Source of the DNA: Kordiimonas sp.
GTDB taxonomy: Bacteria > Pseudomonadota > Alphaproteobacteria > Sphingomonadales > Kordiimonadaceae
Reading direction: 5' to 3'
NCBI RefSeq assembly: GCF_965216265.1
Contig: NZ_OZ244153.1
Span: 2,785,147-2,849,146 of the forward strand
DNA: 64,000 nt
Shown: positions 1 to 9,691 of the stretch, piece after piece
Numbering within the stretch: position 1 is the stretch's first letter
Layout: each line of letters begins with the position of its first letter
Position numbers and translations under genes: made by a program
The notes under the pieces: model-generated
What the model was told of the DNA's origin: nothing
Seen by the model: the letters and a program-made list of their open reading frames with translations, nothing else
Database searches by the model: none

Positions 1-750
1 AAACGGCGGGGGAATATGCATGCGCTCCTCAGCACACCTGAGGGCGGGGCAACGGGCCGTGCGGTTGTGCTCATTCATGGCGGGCCGGTCAAGCGGGTAA
101 CAGACAGCTATTCACCGATCGTGAGCTGGCTAACCGCCAACGGGTATAGCGTGCTGCAACCCAACTTCCGGGGCTCAAGCGGGTTTGGTATGGCGTGGCA
201 GCGCGCGGGCTACACCGAGTGGGGCCGCGACATGCAGGACGATGTGCGTACCTCGCTTGAATGGCTGGTGGAGATGGAGATCGCAGCACCGCAGCGAATC
301 TGTGCCGTTGGTGGTTCTTATGGGGGATACGCATCCCTGATGTCTGCGATCAAGGATGATGACCTGATCGCCTGCGCAGTTAGCTTGAACGGTGTGACCT
401 CTCTGCCACTGCTGGTGAACTATCTTGAAACCCGCCGTTTCCATGACCTCACGGTGCCGCGAATCAAAGGGCGTCTTTCAGATTATGCGCTGAGGCGGCG
501 GTCACCCTTGAACCGGGCAGACCTTGTGCGGGTGCCGGTTTTGCTGTTGCACGCAACAGAAGATGCCAACGTGCCTTATATTCATGGGCAGTTGATGACA
601 AGGGCGCTGAAAAATTTGGATAAACCCCATAACTTCATTGTGCTTGAAGGGGCGGAACACCAGCTGAGACGCGCGAGTGATAAGCGCACTTATTATGGCA
701 GCATGCTCAATTTCCTCGACACTCACATCGGTTTGCGCGCGCTGAAGTGA
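1..750 (+). CDS. S9 family (prolyl oligopeptidase-like) serine peptidase, C-terminal part; 5'-truncated by the window edge
   Basis: Motifs HGGP, NFRGSSGFG, GGSYGG (nucleophile), D(ANV) and EH. The frame is open from base 1, so the ATG at 16 is probably not the true start. Confidence 0.85.
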   Translation, partial: KRRGNMHALLSTPEGGATGRAVVLIHGGPVKRVTDSYSPIVSWLTANGYSVLQPNFRGSSGFGMAWQRAGYTEWGRDMQDDVRTSLEWLVEMEIAAPQRICAVGGSYGGYASLMSAIKDDDLIACAVSLNGVTSLPLLVNYLETRRFHDLTVPRIKGRLSDYALRRRSPLNRADLVRVPVLLLHATEDANVPYIHGQLMTRALKNLDKPHNFIVLEGAEHQLRRASDKRTYYGSMLNFLDTHIGLRALK

Positions 751-982
751 TGCCATCTCAAGGCTCACTAGACAGCGATGTCATCGGCTCTGCTTCAGCA
801 GTTATTCTGGCTTGGCGGGCATGCAGGGCATATGAAAATGGCGTGTTTTCCCCAATTTTTCTTTCTCCCAATCCCAATTTATGGTTTTTAGAATGCTGTG
901 CCCATCATAAGGGCACACTGGGGAGAGGTCGCTGACTTAAAAAAAGCAAAAAGCGGCCCTGTACATAATATAAGGGGTGAAG

Positions 983-2527
983 ATGTCCGACACAGTCGTT
1001 TCGACCGAAGGGTCGCAGGAGCGCGAGCTTCTTGGCCACCCGATCGGGTTGGTGGTATGCTTTCTGACAGAAATGTGGGAGCGATTCTCCTACTATGGCA
1101 TGCGCACAATCCTTGTGCTTTATCTGGTGAAATATCACCTTTTCAGCGCTGAAAAAGCCAGCATGATCTACGGGGCCTATGCAGGCCTTGTTTACATGAT
1201 GCCAATCATTGGTGGCTATATGGCCGACCGGTACCTTGGCAGCCGCAAGGCAGTAACCTATGGCGCCATATTGCTGGTGCTTGGGCACGGTTTGATGGGC
1301 TTCCATGGTCCCGCCGCCTTCATGGACGGTGAAACCGTCGTCAGGAATGATTTTTACCTGAACCTGTTCTTCCTCGCACTCGCGCTGATTATTGCAGGTG
1401 TTGGCTTCCTTAAAGCCAATATTTCCACCATTGTTGGTGCACTTTATGGCCCGAATGACCCACGCCGGGACGGGGGTTTCTCCATCTTTTATATGGGCAT
1501 CAACGTGGGCTCGCTTCTCTCAACCGCGCTTGTTGGTTATGTAGGCGAGACGTACGGCTGGAACTACGGCTTTGGTCTCGCGGGCATTGGTATGCTGTTC
1601 GGCCTTCTGGTGTTCCTTTGGGGGCAGCGCCTTCTTGACGGTCGCGCCGAGCCGCCAAACCCGGCCGAGCTAAAGGAAAAGTCACCCATCGGCCTTAACA
1701 AGGAATACACCATCTATCTGGGTGGTATTCTCATGGTTATCGCTAGCTGGATCCTGATGCAGTACCAGACCTTTGTTGGTCAACTGCTCGGCTTTTCCGG
1801 TTTTATCATGATCGGTATTATCCTTTTCTACGCCTTTACCAAATGCACGAAGGTGGAGCGGGACCGATTGATGGTCGCGTGTTTCCTGATCGCTATCCAG
1901 TCTGTTTTCTGGGCACTGTTTGAGCAGCAGGCGGCAAGCCTGACGCTTCTGGCGGACCAGCAGTTCAACCTCGACGTGCTGGGCATGAATGTGCTTGCGA
2001 GCCAGGTACAGCTGATGAACCCGCTGTTTATTGTGCTCTTGGCACCTGTAATGGCGTGGCTTTGGGTGGCGCTTGCCAAAAAGAATGTGGAGCCCTCAAC
2101 TCCGGCTAAGTTTGGTATTGCCATGCTGCTGATCGGCCTTGGTTATATTGTCTTCTCATGGGGCATGAGCCTTGACGACAGCGCGAGCAAAAGCTTCCTG
2201 TGGCTTGCGTTCATTTACCTGTCGCTCACATTGGCTGAGCTGTGTCTGAGCCCGGTTGGTCTTTCAATGGTCACCAAGCTGAGCGTTGCCAAAATTGTTG
2301 GCATGCTGATGGGGACATGGTTCCTGTTCACAGCCCTTGGCAACTATGTGGCAGGCTGGATCAGCTCCCTCACCGGTAGCGGTGGTCACGGCGCTGATTC
2401 TGGTACGCTGGATATTCTGGCTACCATCGATGTTTATACGACCATCGGGTATCTGAGCGGCGGCGTGGGGATATTCATCCTCATCCTCACACCATTGCTG
2501 CGTAAAGGCATGCACGGCGTTCACTAG
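983..2527 (+). CDS. POT/PTR family proton-dependent oligopeptide transporter (MFS)
   Basis: EMWERFSYYGM (ExxERFxYY) signature, FYMGINVGS and ELCLSPVGLS motifs, about 14 TM segments. Confidence 0.95.
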   Translation: MSDTVVSTEGSQERELLGHPIGLVVCFLTEMWERFSYYGMRTILVLYLVKYHLFSAEKASMIYGAYAGLVYMMPIIGGYMADRYLGSRKAVTYGAILLVLGHGLMGFHGPAAFMDGETVVRNDFYLNLFFLALALIIAGVGFLKANISTIVGALYGPNDPRRDGGFSIFYMGINVGSLLSTALVGYVGETYGWNYGFGLAGIGMLFGLLVFLWGQRLLDGRAEPPNPAELKEKSPIGLNKEYTIYLGGILMVIASWILMQYQTFVGQLLGFSGFIMIGIILFYAFTKCTKVERDRLMVACFLIAIQSVFWALFEQQAASLTLLADQQFNLDVLGMNVLASQVQLMNPLFIVLLAPVMAWLWVALAKKNVEPSTPAKFGIAMLLIGLGYIVFSWGMSLDDSASKSFLWLAFIYLSLTLAELCLSPVGLSMVTKLSVAKIVGMLMGTWFLFTALGNYVAGWISSLTGSGGHGADSGTLDILATIDVYTTIGYLSGGVGIFILILTPLLRKGMHGVH

Positions 2528-2551
2528 GCTTGAATGCCAGCACCAAAAAAC

Positions 2552-2586
2552 AAGGCCCTGCGGTTTTCTGCGGGGCCTTTTCTTAT
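2552..2586 (+). terminator. Intrinsic terminator
   Basis: AAGGCCCTGCGG-TTTT-CTGCGGGGCCTT followed by a T-rich tract. Confidence 0.8.
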
Positions 2587-2605
2587 GGGTTTTGGCTGGC
2601 GGGGC

Positions 2606-3502
2606 TTAGCGAGCCTGCAGGGTGGTGGCACCTGCGCCCAGGCTTTGCGGAATTATGGCGGGTGATGCGCTCAGGATCGGATAGCGGGACAGGTAATCTG
2701 CCGGCACATAACGCGCGATTGTCTCTGCGTAGGCCTCACTCTGCTGGAAAGCCATAATGGCGTGGTCGAGGCTGTTCATTGTCTTGTCGGATACAGACTT
2801 CTTGCTGAGCATGAAATGGGTCAGGCTGTCATTGACGGGTGACACATGGATGCTGGCTTCCTCAAGGCGACCTGACTTGCTGAGAAGCGTATGGCCATTA
2901 AAAATATCGTCAATCACCACATCCACACGGCCAGCCAGCAGGGCATTATAAAGCGTGTCATAGTTGGCTGACTGCAGGATCTGGCGCCGGAAGGCACTGT
3001 CGTTCTCATAAAGGCGGGCATACTCATAGCCATACCAACTGCCAAGGTGCGCACCGATAACCACCCCGGCATCGGCTGCATTGGCTAAGCGCTGGAAGCT
3101 AGCGCGAGGTTCGTCGTTCTTTCGCATGAACATGACCATCACTTCGCGCCGGTATGGTTGGCTGAAGAAGGCGTATTCCTCCCGGTCTGGTGTGATGGAA
3201 GCGCCCATTGCGATATCTACCAGCCCTGACCTAAGGGCCGACAGCGACCGTTTGAGCGGCATTTCCGTGTAGCGCCAAGTGCAGCCTGCTTTGCGCAGCA
3301 CTTGTTCAAGGATGTCGGTGTCGAGACCGACCACTTGACCGTCACCGTTTCTATGGTGATAGGGGGCAGAGTTGAAATAGACCACGTTCAGCTCACGCTC
3401 ACAGGCGGCATCGGCGGGGCTTGCGCTGCAGGTGAGGCTGCCAAAGATTGAGGCAGTCATGAAGGATAGGGCTCTGATCGTTTTACCGTGCCACCGTGCC
3501 AC
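2606..3502 (-). CDS. Periplasmic solute-binding protein, family 3 (amino-acid type)
   Basis: Signal-like N-terminus; APYH...VVGLDTDIL...AGC; PLKRSL..LRSGLVDI; FFSQPY; second lobe GRVDVVI. Confidence 0.8.
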   Translation of the reverse strand: MARWHGKTIRALSFMTASIFGSLTCSASPADAACERELNVVYFNSAPYHHRNGDGQVVGLDTDILEQVLRKAGCTWRYTEMPLKRSLSALRSGLVDIAMGASITPDREEYAFFSQPYRREVMVMFMRKNDEPRASFQRLANAADAGVVIGAHLGSWYGYEYARLYENDSAFRRQILQSANYDTLYNALLAGRVDVVIDDIFNGHTLLSKSGRLEEASIHVSPVNDSLTHFMLSKKSVSDKTMNSLDHAIMAFQQSEAYAETIARYVPADYLSRYPILSASPAIIPQSLGAGATTLQAR

Positions 3503-3571
3503 TTGTTCACCTCATTCAAGGGTTCAGTGTGCCACAGTTTTGGGCGCTACAAAACGGAAAATTCAATCATA

Positions 3572-4366
3572 TCAGCGACTAAGTAGAAAGTCTGCAAGGT
3601 AGGGTGGCGCGTAGGCACCGAGAAGTTCCGGATAAGCCGGGCTGGCTTTGAAGCTTTGGATCGCTTTGTTGATCTCCAGAATATCGGTCTCAGTTACCGT
3701 GGTTTTGCCAAGCATGAAATACAGGTCGTTTTCATGCACGGTGATGGTTAGCGCCTTGATGTTTTTATCGAGGCCATGCAGTTGGCTCAGGTGGTAACCG
3801 CTCAGAAGATCAATGATTGCGACATCAACAAGGCCTGCCTCAAGCCAGCGCAACAGGGTGAGGAAGTTCTCACTGGTTTGCACGCGCTTGCGAAATGCTG
3901 GTGTATTCATGGCATCAGTGAAGGCATCACCATACCAGCCCCCCAGCACAACCCCCACCTTCTGATCGCCGGTAACAATATCCTCAAAGCTGGTCAAGCG
4001 GCTGGCCGCTTCATCATTTTTGCGGGCAAAAAGGCCGATAATCTCTCGCCGGGTAGGCACAGTGAAATATGCGCTTTCGTCTCGCTCGGCGGTTTTTGAA
4101 ACACCTGGCATGCCGTCCATATGGCCCAGTTTTACATCCCTCAGCCCTCGTTTGAACGGAACTTTGTGCAGGTTATAATCGCAGCCCGCGACCTTCATCA
4201 CGGTCTCCAGGATGCTGGCGTCGAGGCCCGAAACATGGCCCGCCTCGTCCCACGTGAAATAGGGTGGATACTCAAGCATGCCAAAGCTCAGCGTTTTGCT
4301 GCAACCTGCCCAGGCGGGCAGGCTGGAAAGCAACACCGCGATGAATACAAAAAAGCTTTTCCGCAT
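3572..4366 (-). CDS. Periplasmic solute-binding protein, family 3 (paralog of the adjacent gene)
   Basis: Signal peptide MRKSFFVFIAVLLSSLPAWA; YPPY...SGLDASIL..VMKVAGC; PFKRGL..VKLGHMDG. Confidence 0.8.
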   Translation of the reverse strand: MRKSFFVFIAVLLSSLPAWAGCSKTLSFGMLEYPPYFTWDEAGHVSGLDASILETVMKVAGCDYNLHKVPFKRGLRDVKLGHMDGMPGVSKTAERDESAYFTVPTRREIIGLFARKNDEAASRLTSFEDIVTGDQKVGVVLGGWYGDAFTDAMNTPAFRKRVQTSENFLTLLRWLEAGLVDVAIIDLLSGYHLSQLHGLDKNIKALTITVHENDLYFMLGKTTVTETDILEINKAIQSFKASPAYPELLGAYAPPYLADFLLSR

Positions 4367-4445
4367 GCAGTACCACATGAAAGAAGGGGCCGTATCTGTC
4401 TAAGTTATCGTGATGATGCAGCGTACGCCAGCAGGAAATGAGTTC

Positions 4446-4892
4446 TCACGCCAGCCTGATGAGGTCGGCACGTAAGTGTCCGGCATCGCTTGGTGCCAGT
4501 CTGGCGTCAACCTCCTCGTGGGTTTTTTTCCATATCGGAAATGCGTCAGCCAGTAGCTTGCGCCCTGCTTCCGTCAGCTTAAGCCGCCTGCTGCGCCGGT
4601 CGGCTTCGTCGACCGCCACTTCCATCAATTCGCGCCGCGCGAGCGGTTTGATGTTTGCGGTTAATGTGGTGCGGTCCATCGCCAGCAGGTTGGCGACCGA
4701 GCCAACGGTGGGCGGTTCAGGCCGGTTAAGTGACATGAGAAGCGAGAACTGCCCGCTTGTCAGCCCATGGGGGCGCAACGCGTCATCGAACAACCGTGCA
4801 GTTGCTCGAGCAGCACGTTGCAGGTGCATGCACAGGCAGTGATCCCGGACATGGAGCGTGACTTCAAACGGCAATAAATCTTTCTTTGACAT
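4446..4892 (-). CDS. MarR family transcriptional regulator
   Basis: CLCMHLQRAARATARLFD...GLTSGQFSLL; MDRTTLT..IKPL; DRRSRRLKLT winged helix. Confidence 0.92.
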   Translation of the reverse strand: MSKKDLLPFEVTLHVRDHCLCMHLQRAARATARLFDDALRPHGLTSGQFSLLMSLNRPEPPTVGSVANLLAMDRTTLTANIKPLARRELMEVAVDEADRRSRRLKLTEAGRKLLADAFPIWKKTHEEVDARLAPSDAGHLRADLIRLA

Positions 4893-4900
4893 GGATTGAG

Positions 4901-4944
4901 TATGTTGATATCAACGCAAAAGTCAATATGTTGATATCAACATA
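4901..4944. promoter_or_regulatory. Two palindromic operator copies between the divergent MarR and VOC genes
   Basis: TATGTTGATATCAAC (4901-4915) and the perfect 18-bp palindrome TATGTTGATATCAACATA (4927-4944). Confidence 0.75.
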
Positions 4945-5024
4945 ATTGGCTGATTTTTGATGTAGTGAGTGATTGGCGGACGAACGCTCGAGCTTGCGAC
5001 AATGCGAAGAAGAAGAGGATTTAA

Positions 5025-5471
5025 ATGCAACTGCACCCATACCTGAATTTTGATGGCAATTGCCGTGAGGCGTTCGAGTTTTATCATAAGTGCCTTGGGG
5101 GTGAGATCACCCTGATGATTACCTATGGCGACATGCCAGCAGACGAAAATCCCGATGCCCCTGAAGGCTGTGTTGATCCGGCATCGATGGCAGAGTGCGC
5201 CGACCTCATTGCGCATGTGAGCCTTGCCTTTGGGGACGCGGTCCTTATGGCATCTGACAGCCCGCCTGGTTTCTATGAGGCACCTGCGGGCACAGCTTGT
5301 TCGCTTCAAATCTCTGACCCAGTTGAAGGTAAGGCCGTGTTTGACCGCCTGTCTGAAGGCGGCACCGTCAAAATGCCGTTTGGCCCTACAGACTGGGCAA
5401 AGGGTTTTGGCATGTTTAACGATAAATTCGGCGTTCCCTGGATGGTCAACTGTGAAGGTGCTGCGGACTGA
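5025..5471 (+). CDS. VOC/glyoxalase family protein (PhnB/YjdN-like)
   Basis: LHPYLNFDGNCREAFEFY; HVSLAFG..VLMASD; WAKGFGMFNDKFGVPWMVN. Confidence 0.9.
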   Translation: MQLHPYLNFDGNCREAFEFYHKCLGGEITLMITYGDMPADENPDAPEGCVDPASMAECADLIAHVSLAFGDAVLMASDSPPGFYEAPAGTACSLQISDPVEGKAVFDRLSEGGTVKMPFGPTDWAKGFGMFNDKFGVPWMVNCEGAAD

Positions 5472-5570
5472 TCTCCCAAACAGGTCTCCCACAGGGCCCT
5501 CCGCCAGTGTTTCGGTTGGGGGCCTTGATACCCTTTACCGGTAACGGTTGAGCGATAGGAAGGAGGGGGG

Positions 5571-5990
5571 ATGACATATTTCCCGCGCACAATGACGTAT
5601 ACGATGGAGCGCGTTTTCAGCGCGCCGCCTACGCTCGTTTACCGTGCGTGGTCGGATCCGGAGGCCAAAGCCCAGTGGTTTGGGGCGCTCAGGGGGGTGG
5701 ACGCGGATATGAAAGCAGAGGACTTTCGTGTTGGCGGGCGGGAGCGGTTTATCTCGCGCTCCAAGGCAGGGACCGCGACCTATGATATTTTTTACCGAGC
5801 CATTATCCCCGATCAATCCATCGTTTTTGAATGCGAAAGCCGGGAGCCTGATGGTCATGCCGCCAGATCCCTCATCTCGGTGGAATTTCATCCTGAAGGG
5901 GGCGGCACGCGGCTGGTGTTGAAGGAGAAACTACTCCGCCTTATGGCCCAATCCACTCAGCCCCTCAAGGCAGCAGCAGGATTTTATTGA
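5571..5990 (+). CDS. SRPBCC (AHSA1/START-like) domain protein; C-terminus possibly frameshifted
   Basis: ERVFSAPPTLVYRAWSDPEAKAQWF; DFRVGGRE; SLISVEF.PEGGGTRLVL. Confidence 0.7.
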   Translation: MTYFPRTMTYTMERVFSAPPTLVYRAWSDPEAKAQWFGALRGVDADMKAEDFRVGGRERFISRSKAGTATYDIFYRAIIPDQSIVFECESREPDGHAARSLISVEFHPEGGGTRLVLKEKLLRLMAQSTQPLKAAAGFY

Positions 5991-6672
5991 ACGTATATGT
6001 GTAAAGCGTGCCGCGATTGTTTACCTCAAGCTGCCAGAACAGCGACTGACCTGCCGACGTGCGCCAATCCTTCAAGACAAAAACCATGGGGCGGGGGCCG
6101 TCCGGCTCCTGTACCGTAAGGTGATAGCCGAGCATCGCGCTATTGCGCTCATCAAAGAAATAAGCCAGCGCCGCCCCTGAATGTGTTGTACCGCTGACCC
6201 TGAACGCGTGTATGCCGTTAAATTCAACCTCGTCCACGTTGTTGTTCATGGTTTCCAGCTCAAGCCGGGGGAAAAGCGCCCGGCGATGGAATTGATGCCC
6301 GCGCACATATTCTATCATATTGGGCGCAAGATCCCGGCGGTTACCATCTTTGCCTTCATACCAGATTGCCCCGTCTGTCTCGCCGTATGTGGCGGTGCCG
6401 TCCTCGCGTATCATCTGGAAGGTGGCGTCCCCAAGGCCCGTGTCTGTCGCCCGGCCACGCACGAGGGTTTTATAGGAGCTGTCGCCGGTGCGCACATTGG
6501 CCTGAGCTTCAACAGTGGTGATCCCGGCTTTGAGCTTGTCCCAGCCGTGATGCTCGTCAGCGGCGTCAAAAAGCTGGTCAGGCGTTGGAAGCTCTGCGGG
6601 TTGCGCGGTCGCCGTTGCAGTCAGGCAAAACACACCAAACAGTAGTCCAATAGTTTGTTTCCATCTGGTCAT
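5965..6672 (-). CDS. Secreted hypothetical protein (possibly LolA-like beta-sheet fold)
   Basis: Signal peptide MTRWKQTIGLLFGVFCLTATATA from the ATG at 6672 with AAGGA upstream; beta-rich body. The fold is a guess. Confidence 0.6.
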   Translation of the reverse strand: MTRWKQTIGLLFGVFCLTATATAQPAELPTPDQLFDAADEHHGWDKLKAGITTVEAQANVRTGDSSYKTLVRGRATDTGLGDATFQMIREDGTATYGETDGAIWYEGKDGNRRDLAPNMIEYVRGHQFHRRALFPRLELETMNNNVDEVEFNGIHAFRVSGTTHSGAALAYFFDERNSAMLGYHLTVQEPDGPRPMVFVLKDWRTSAGQSLFWQLEVNNRGTLYTYTFNKILLLP

Positions 6673-6909
6673 CAGGGTGTCCTTCCCGTTGTGCCTGGCC
6701 CGTCGTGCATCAGCTCCGCGCGGCGCTATCCGTCCATGATAGACCGTATAGGCAGGGAGAAAAGCGAAATTATGGCTCAACTCGCCGCAGTTATGGAACG
6801 CTTCATCGCAGCACATAGTTGTGAATATCCTTTTTGGTGACTCGTCAAAACCGCGCTGCTAGGCTCGCGCGGCAATTCACCGAAAAAGGTGAAAAAAGGG
6901 AGAATAAAC

Positions 6910-8346
6910 ATGAGGACAACACGCTCGCGGACCACATTGGTCCGTCGTGGGCTTGTGGCAGCAGCGATGGGGCTTTCGCTTGCAGCTTGCCAGCCCGGAG
7001 GAGAGGAGCAGGGAGAATTTGTTAGCATTAACAAAGACCCGTTCCCATCCACCTATACCCCGCTTGAAAGCGGCGTAACTTTCATCACCAACGCAACCGT
7101 GCTTGACGGTAAGGGTGGCCGGATCGACGGCGGCTCCGTGCTGGTTGAAGGCGGCAAGATCATGGCTGTTGGCGCAGACCTTCAGGCACCAGCTGGCGCG
7201 ACCGTGATTGACGCAAACGGCCGCTGGGTAACACCCGGCATCATCGATGTGCACAGCCACTTGGGCGTATACCCAAGCCCGGGCGTAAGCTCGCACTCTG
7301 ACGGCAACGAAGTGGGTGAGCCTGTTACGGCTGATGTGTGGGTTGAGCATTCAAACTGGCCACAGGATCCTGGCTTCATTCGCGCGGCAGCTGGCGGCAT
7401 CACGTCACTTCAACTGCTGCCGGGTTCTGCGAACCTTGTGGGTGGCCGTTCGGTAACGCTCAAAAACGTACCGGGCCGTGTTGCGCAGGATATGAAATTC
7501 CCCGGCGCGCCCTACGGCATGAAAATGGCGTGTGGTGAAAACCCGAAACGTGTTTATGGCAGCGGTAACAATAGCATTGAGTATCGCCCACACACCCGCA
7601 TGGGTAACGTGGCTGGCTATCGCCAGGCATGGGCAGATGCACAAGCTTACCAGCGCAGCTGGGACAAGTATGAGCGTGACTATAAAGCTGGCAAGGACGT
7701 TAACCCGCCAGCACGTGATTTGAACCTTGAAACACTCGCCGGTGTGCTAAGCGGCGAAATCCTCGTTCATATGCACTGCTACCGTGCGGATGACATGGGC
7801 ACCATGATGGATGTGATGAAAGAGTTTGGTTATCAGATCACATCGTTCCAGCACGCTGTTGATAGCTATAAAATTGCTGACAAGCTGGCTGAAAACAACG
7901 TGTGTAGCGCCATGTGGGCCGATTGGTATGGCTTTAAGATGGAAGCTTATGACGGCATCCGTGAAAACATCCCGTTTGTGCACAAGGCAGGTGCTTGCGC
8001 CATCGTACACTCGGACGACAGCAGGGGCATCCAGCGCCTGAACCAGGAAGCTGCCAAGGCGCTTGCCGATGGCCGCAAGGTTGGGGTGGATATCTCCAAG
8101 GAAGAAGCGTGGCAGTGGCTGTCGCTTAACCCGGCCAAATCGCTTGGTATTGCTGACAAGGTAGGTACGATCGAGCCCGGTAAGGACGCAGACATCGTAC
8201 TGTGGTCGGGTGACCCGTTCAGCGTTTACACCAAGGCAGACATGACCTTTGTGGACGGTGCGGTAACCTTTGACCGCAATGATCCAAGCCGCCAGCCGGT
8301 TATGGATTTCGAGCTTGGCCAGCCTGGTGAAGGAGACGTGAAATGA
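6910..8346 (+). CDS. Amidohydrolase family lipoprotein (imidazolonepropionase-like fold)
   Basis: Lipobox LAAC; TPGIIDVHSH (HxH); MKMACGENP; VHMHCYR; FQHAVD; HSDD; GTIEPGKDADIVLW. Confidence 0.88.
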   Translation: MRTTRSRTTLVRRGLVAAAMGLSLAACQPGGEEQGEFVSINKDPFPSTYTPLESGVTFITNATVLDGKGGRIDGGSVLVEGGKIMAVGADLQAPAGATVIDANGRWVTPGIIDVHSHLGVYPSPGVSSHSDGNEVGEPVTADVWVEHSNWPQDPGFIRAAAGGITSLQLLPGSANLVGGRSVTLKNVPGRVAQDMKFPGAPYGMKMACGENPKRVYGSGNNSIEYRPHTRMGNVAGYRQAWADAQAYQRSWDKYERDYKAGKDVNPPARDLNLETLAGVLSGEILVHMHCYRADDMGTMMDVMKEFGYQITSFQHAVDSYKIADKLAENNVCSAMWADWYGFKMEAYDGIRENIPFVHKAGACAIVHSDDSRGIQRLNQEAAKALADGRKVGVDISKEEAWQWLSLNPAKSLGIADKVGTIEPGKDADIVLWSGDPFSVYTKADMTFVDGAVTFDRNDPSRQPVMDFELGQPGEGDVK

Positions 8347-9614
8347 GCATCATGAAAACATTGATGGGTGCTTCGCTTCTCGCGATTTCAGCGGCAAGTG
8401 CAAGTGCGGAAGATATCGCCATCACCGGTGGTATCGCGTTTACAAACGGCGGTAAGGGCAAGGTGGAAAACGCCACCGTGCTGATCCACGACGGCAAGAT
8501 CCAGTCTGTGACAGCAGGCGGTGAAGTGCCAGCGGGTTACCGCAGCGTGGATGCAAGCGGCAAGTGGGTCACGGTAGGCCTCATGGCTGCGGGCACCAAC
8601 CTGGGCCTCATGGATGTTGGCCTTTCCGGCAATATCAATGACGCCCGCGCGAGCGACGCCAAAAACGGTATCGGCCTTGAAGTGTCATACGCTTTCAACC
8701 CGGACACCACCATCATCCCGAACACCCGGATCGAAGGTGTAACCCGAGCGGTGACGGGTTTCAGTGCCAGCAAGGACATGTGGCGCGGCCAAAGTGCGGT
8801 TATCGCGCTGGCTGGTGACGACATGATCGTGCGCGAGCATGCTGTGCTGAGCATCGATATGGACGAAGGGGCAGCCAGTTCAAACGGCGGTAGCCGGGCA
8901 GCCCTTTGGGACAGCGTGATCACCAAGCTTGAAGAATCTCGCCCGAACGGCGATGACGAAGGTGACAAGAAGGATGACGACAAGAAAGACAAAAAGCCAA
9001 AGTACGATAGCGCCAAAGCGGCCCTTGACCGGCTTTTTGCGGGCGAAATACCGCTTCTTGTCGAAGTTGAGCGTAAAGCTGACATCCTGAATGTGATCAA
9101 GCTCAAGGAACGTTTCGGCATTGAAGTTGTCATCACCGCGGGTGGTGAAGCCTGGATGGTTGCGGAAGAACTTGCTGCGGCAAAAATCCCCGTGGTGATC
9201 GACCCGATACGCAATCTGCCTGAGGACTTTGACACCCTTGGTCAAACCGGTGCGGCCGCTGGCCGGCTCGCGGCGGCGGGTGTGAAGGTTGCTTTCCTCG
9301 CTCCTGATACCCACAACACACGCCTTGTTGCGCAGTCTGCGGGCAATGCTGTGGCGATGGGCATGTCATGGGAAGATGCCATGGATGCGCTGACCGTTAA
9401 CGCGGCGGATATCTTCGGTGTAGCAGACAGCTACGGCACGCTTGAAGCCGGGAAGGACGCAGACGTTGTTGTGTGGACCGGTGACCCGCTTGAGCTGATG
9501 ACAACGGCTGACGCCGTGTTCATCCGCGGTGAAGAAGTGCCTATGGTGAGCCGCCAGACCAAGCTTCGGGACCGGTATATGGACCTGCCGCGCTCTCCCG
9601 CTTACGTAAAGTAA
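8343..9614 (+). CDS. Amidohydrolase-fold protein lacking the HxH metal motif; translationally coupled partner
   Basis: ATGA overlap with the upstream gene; signal peptide; DASGKWVTVGLMAAGT where the HxH is expected; GTLEAGKDADVVVWTGDP. Confidence 0.85.
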   Translation: MSIMKTLMGASLLAISAASASAEDIAITGGIAFTNGGKGKVENATVLIHDGKIQSVTAGGEVPAGYRSVDASGKWVTVGLMAAGTNLGLMDVGLSGNINDARASDAKNGIGLEVSYAFNPDTTIIPNTRIEGVTRAVTGFSASKDMWRGQSAVIALAGDDMIVREHAVLSIDMDEGAASSNGGSRAALWDSVITKLEESRPNGDDEGDKKDDDKKDKKPKYDSAKAALDRLFAGEIPLLVEVERKADILNVIKLKERFGIEVVITAGGEAWMVAEELAAAKIPVVIDPIRNLPEDFDTLGQTGAAAGRLAAAGVKVAFLAPDTHNTRLVAQSAGNAVAMGMSWEDAMDALTVNAADIFGVADSYGTLEAGKDADVVVWTGDPLELMTTADAVFIRGEEVPMVSRQTKLRDRYMDLPRSPAYVK

Positions 9615-9630
9615 GCAGTGAGTTAGTTAT

Positions 9631-9659
9631 AAAAGCCGGGGTTATCGCCCCGGCTTTTT
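9631..9659 (+). terminator. Intrinsic terminator
   Basis: AAAAGCCGGGG-TTATCG-CCCCGGCTTTTT. Confidence 0.8.
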
Positions 9660-9691
9660 AGTATCAGGCAGCGATTTGAGGAGAAAGAGCA

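Noticed and set aside
8940-9010. Asp/Lys-rich repeat in the second amidohydrolase
   Set aside because: Ordinary low-complexity coding linker.
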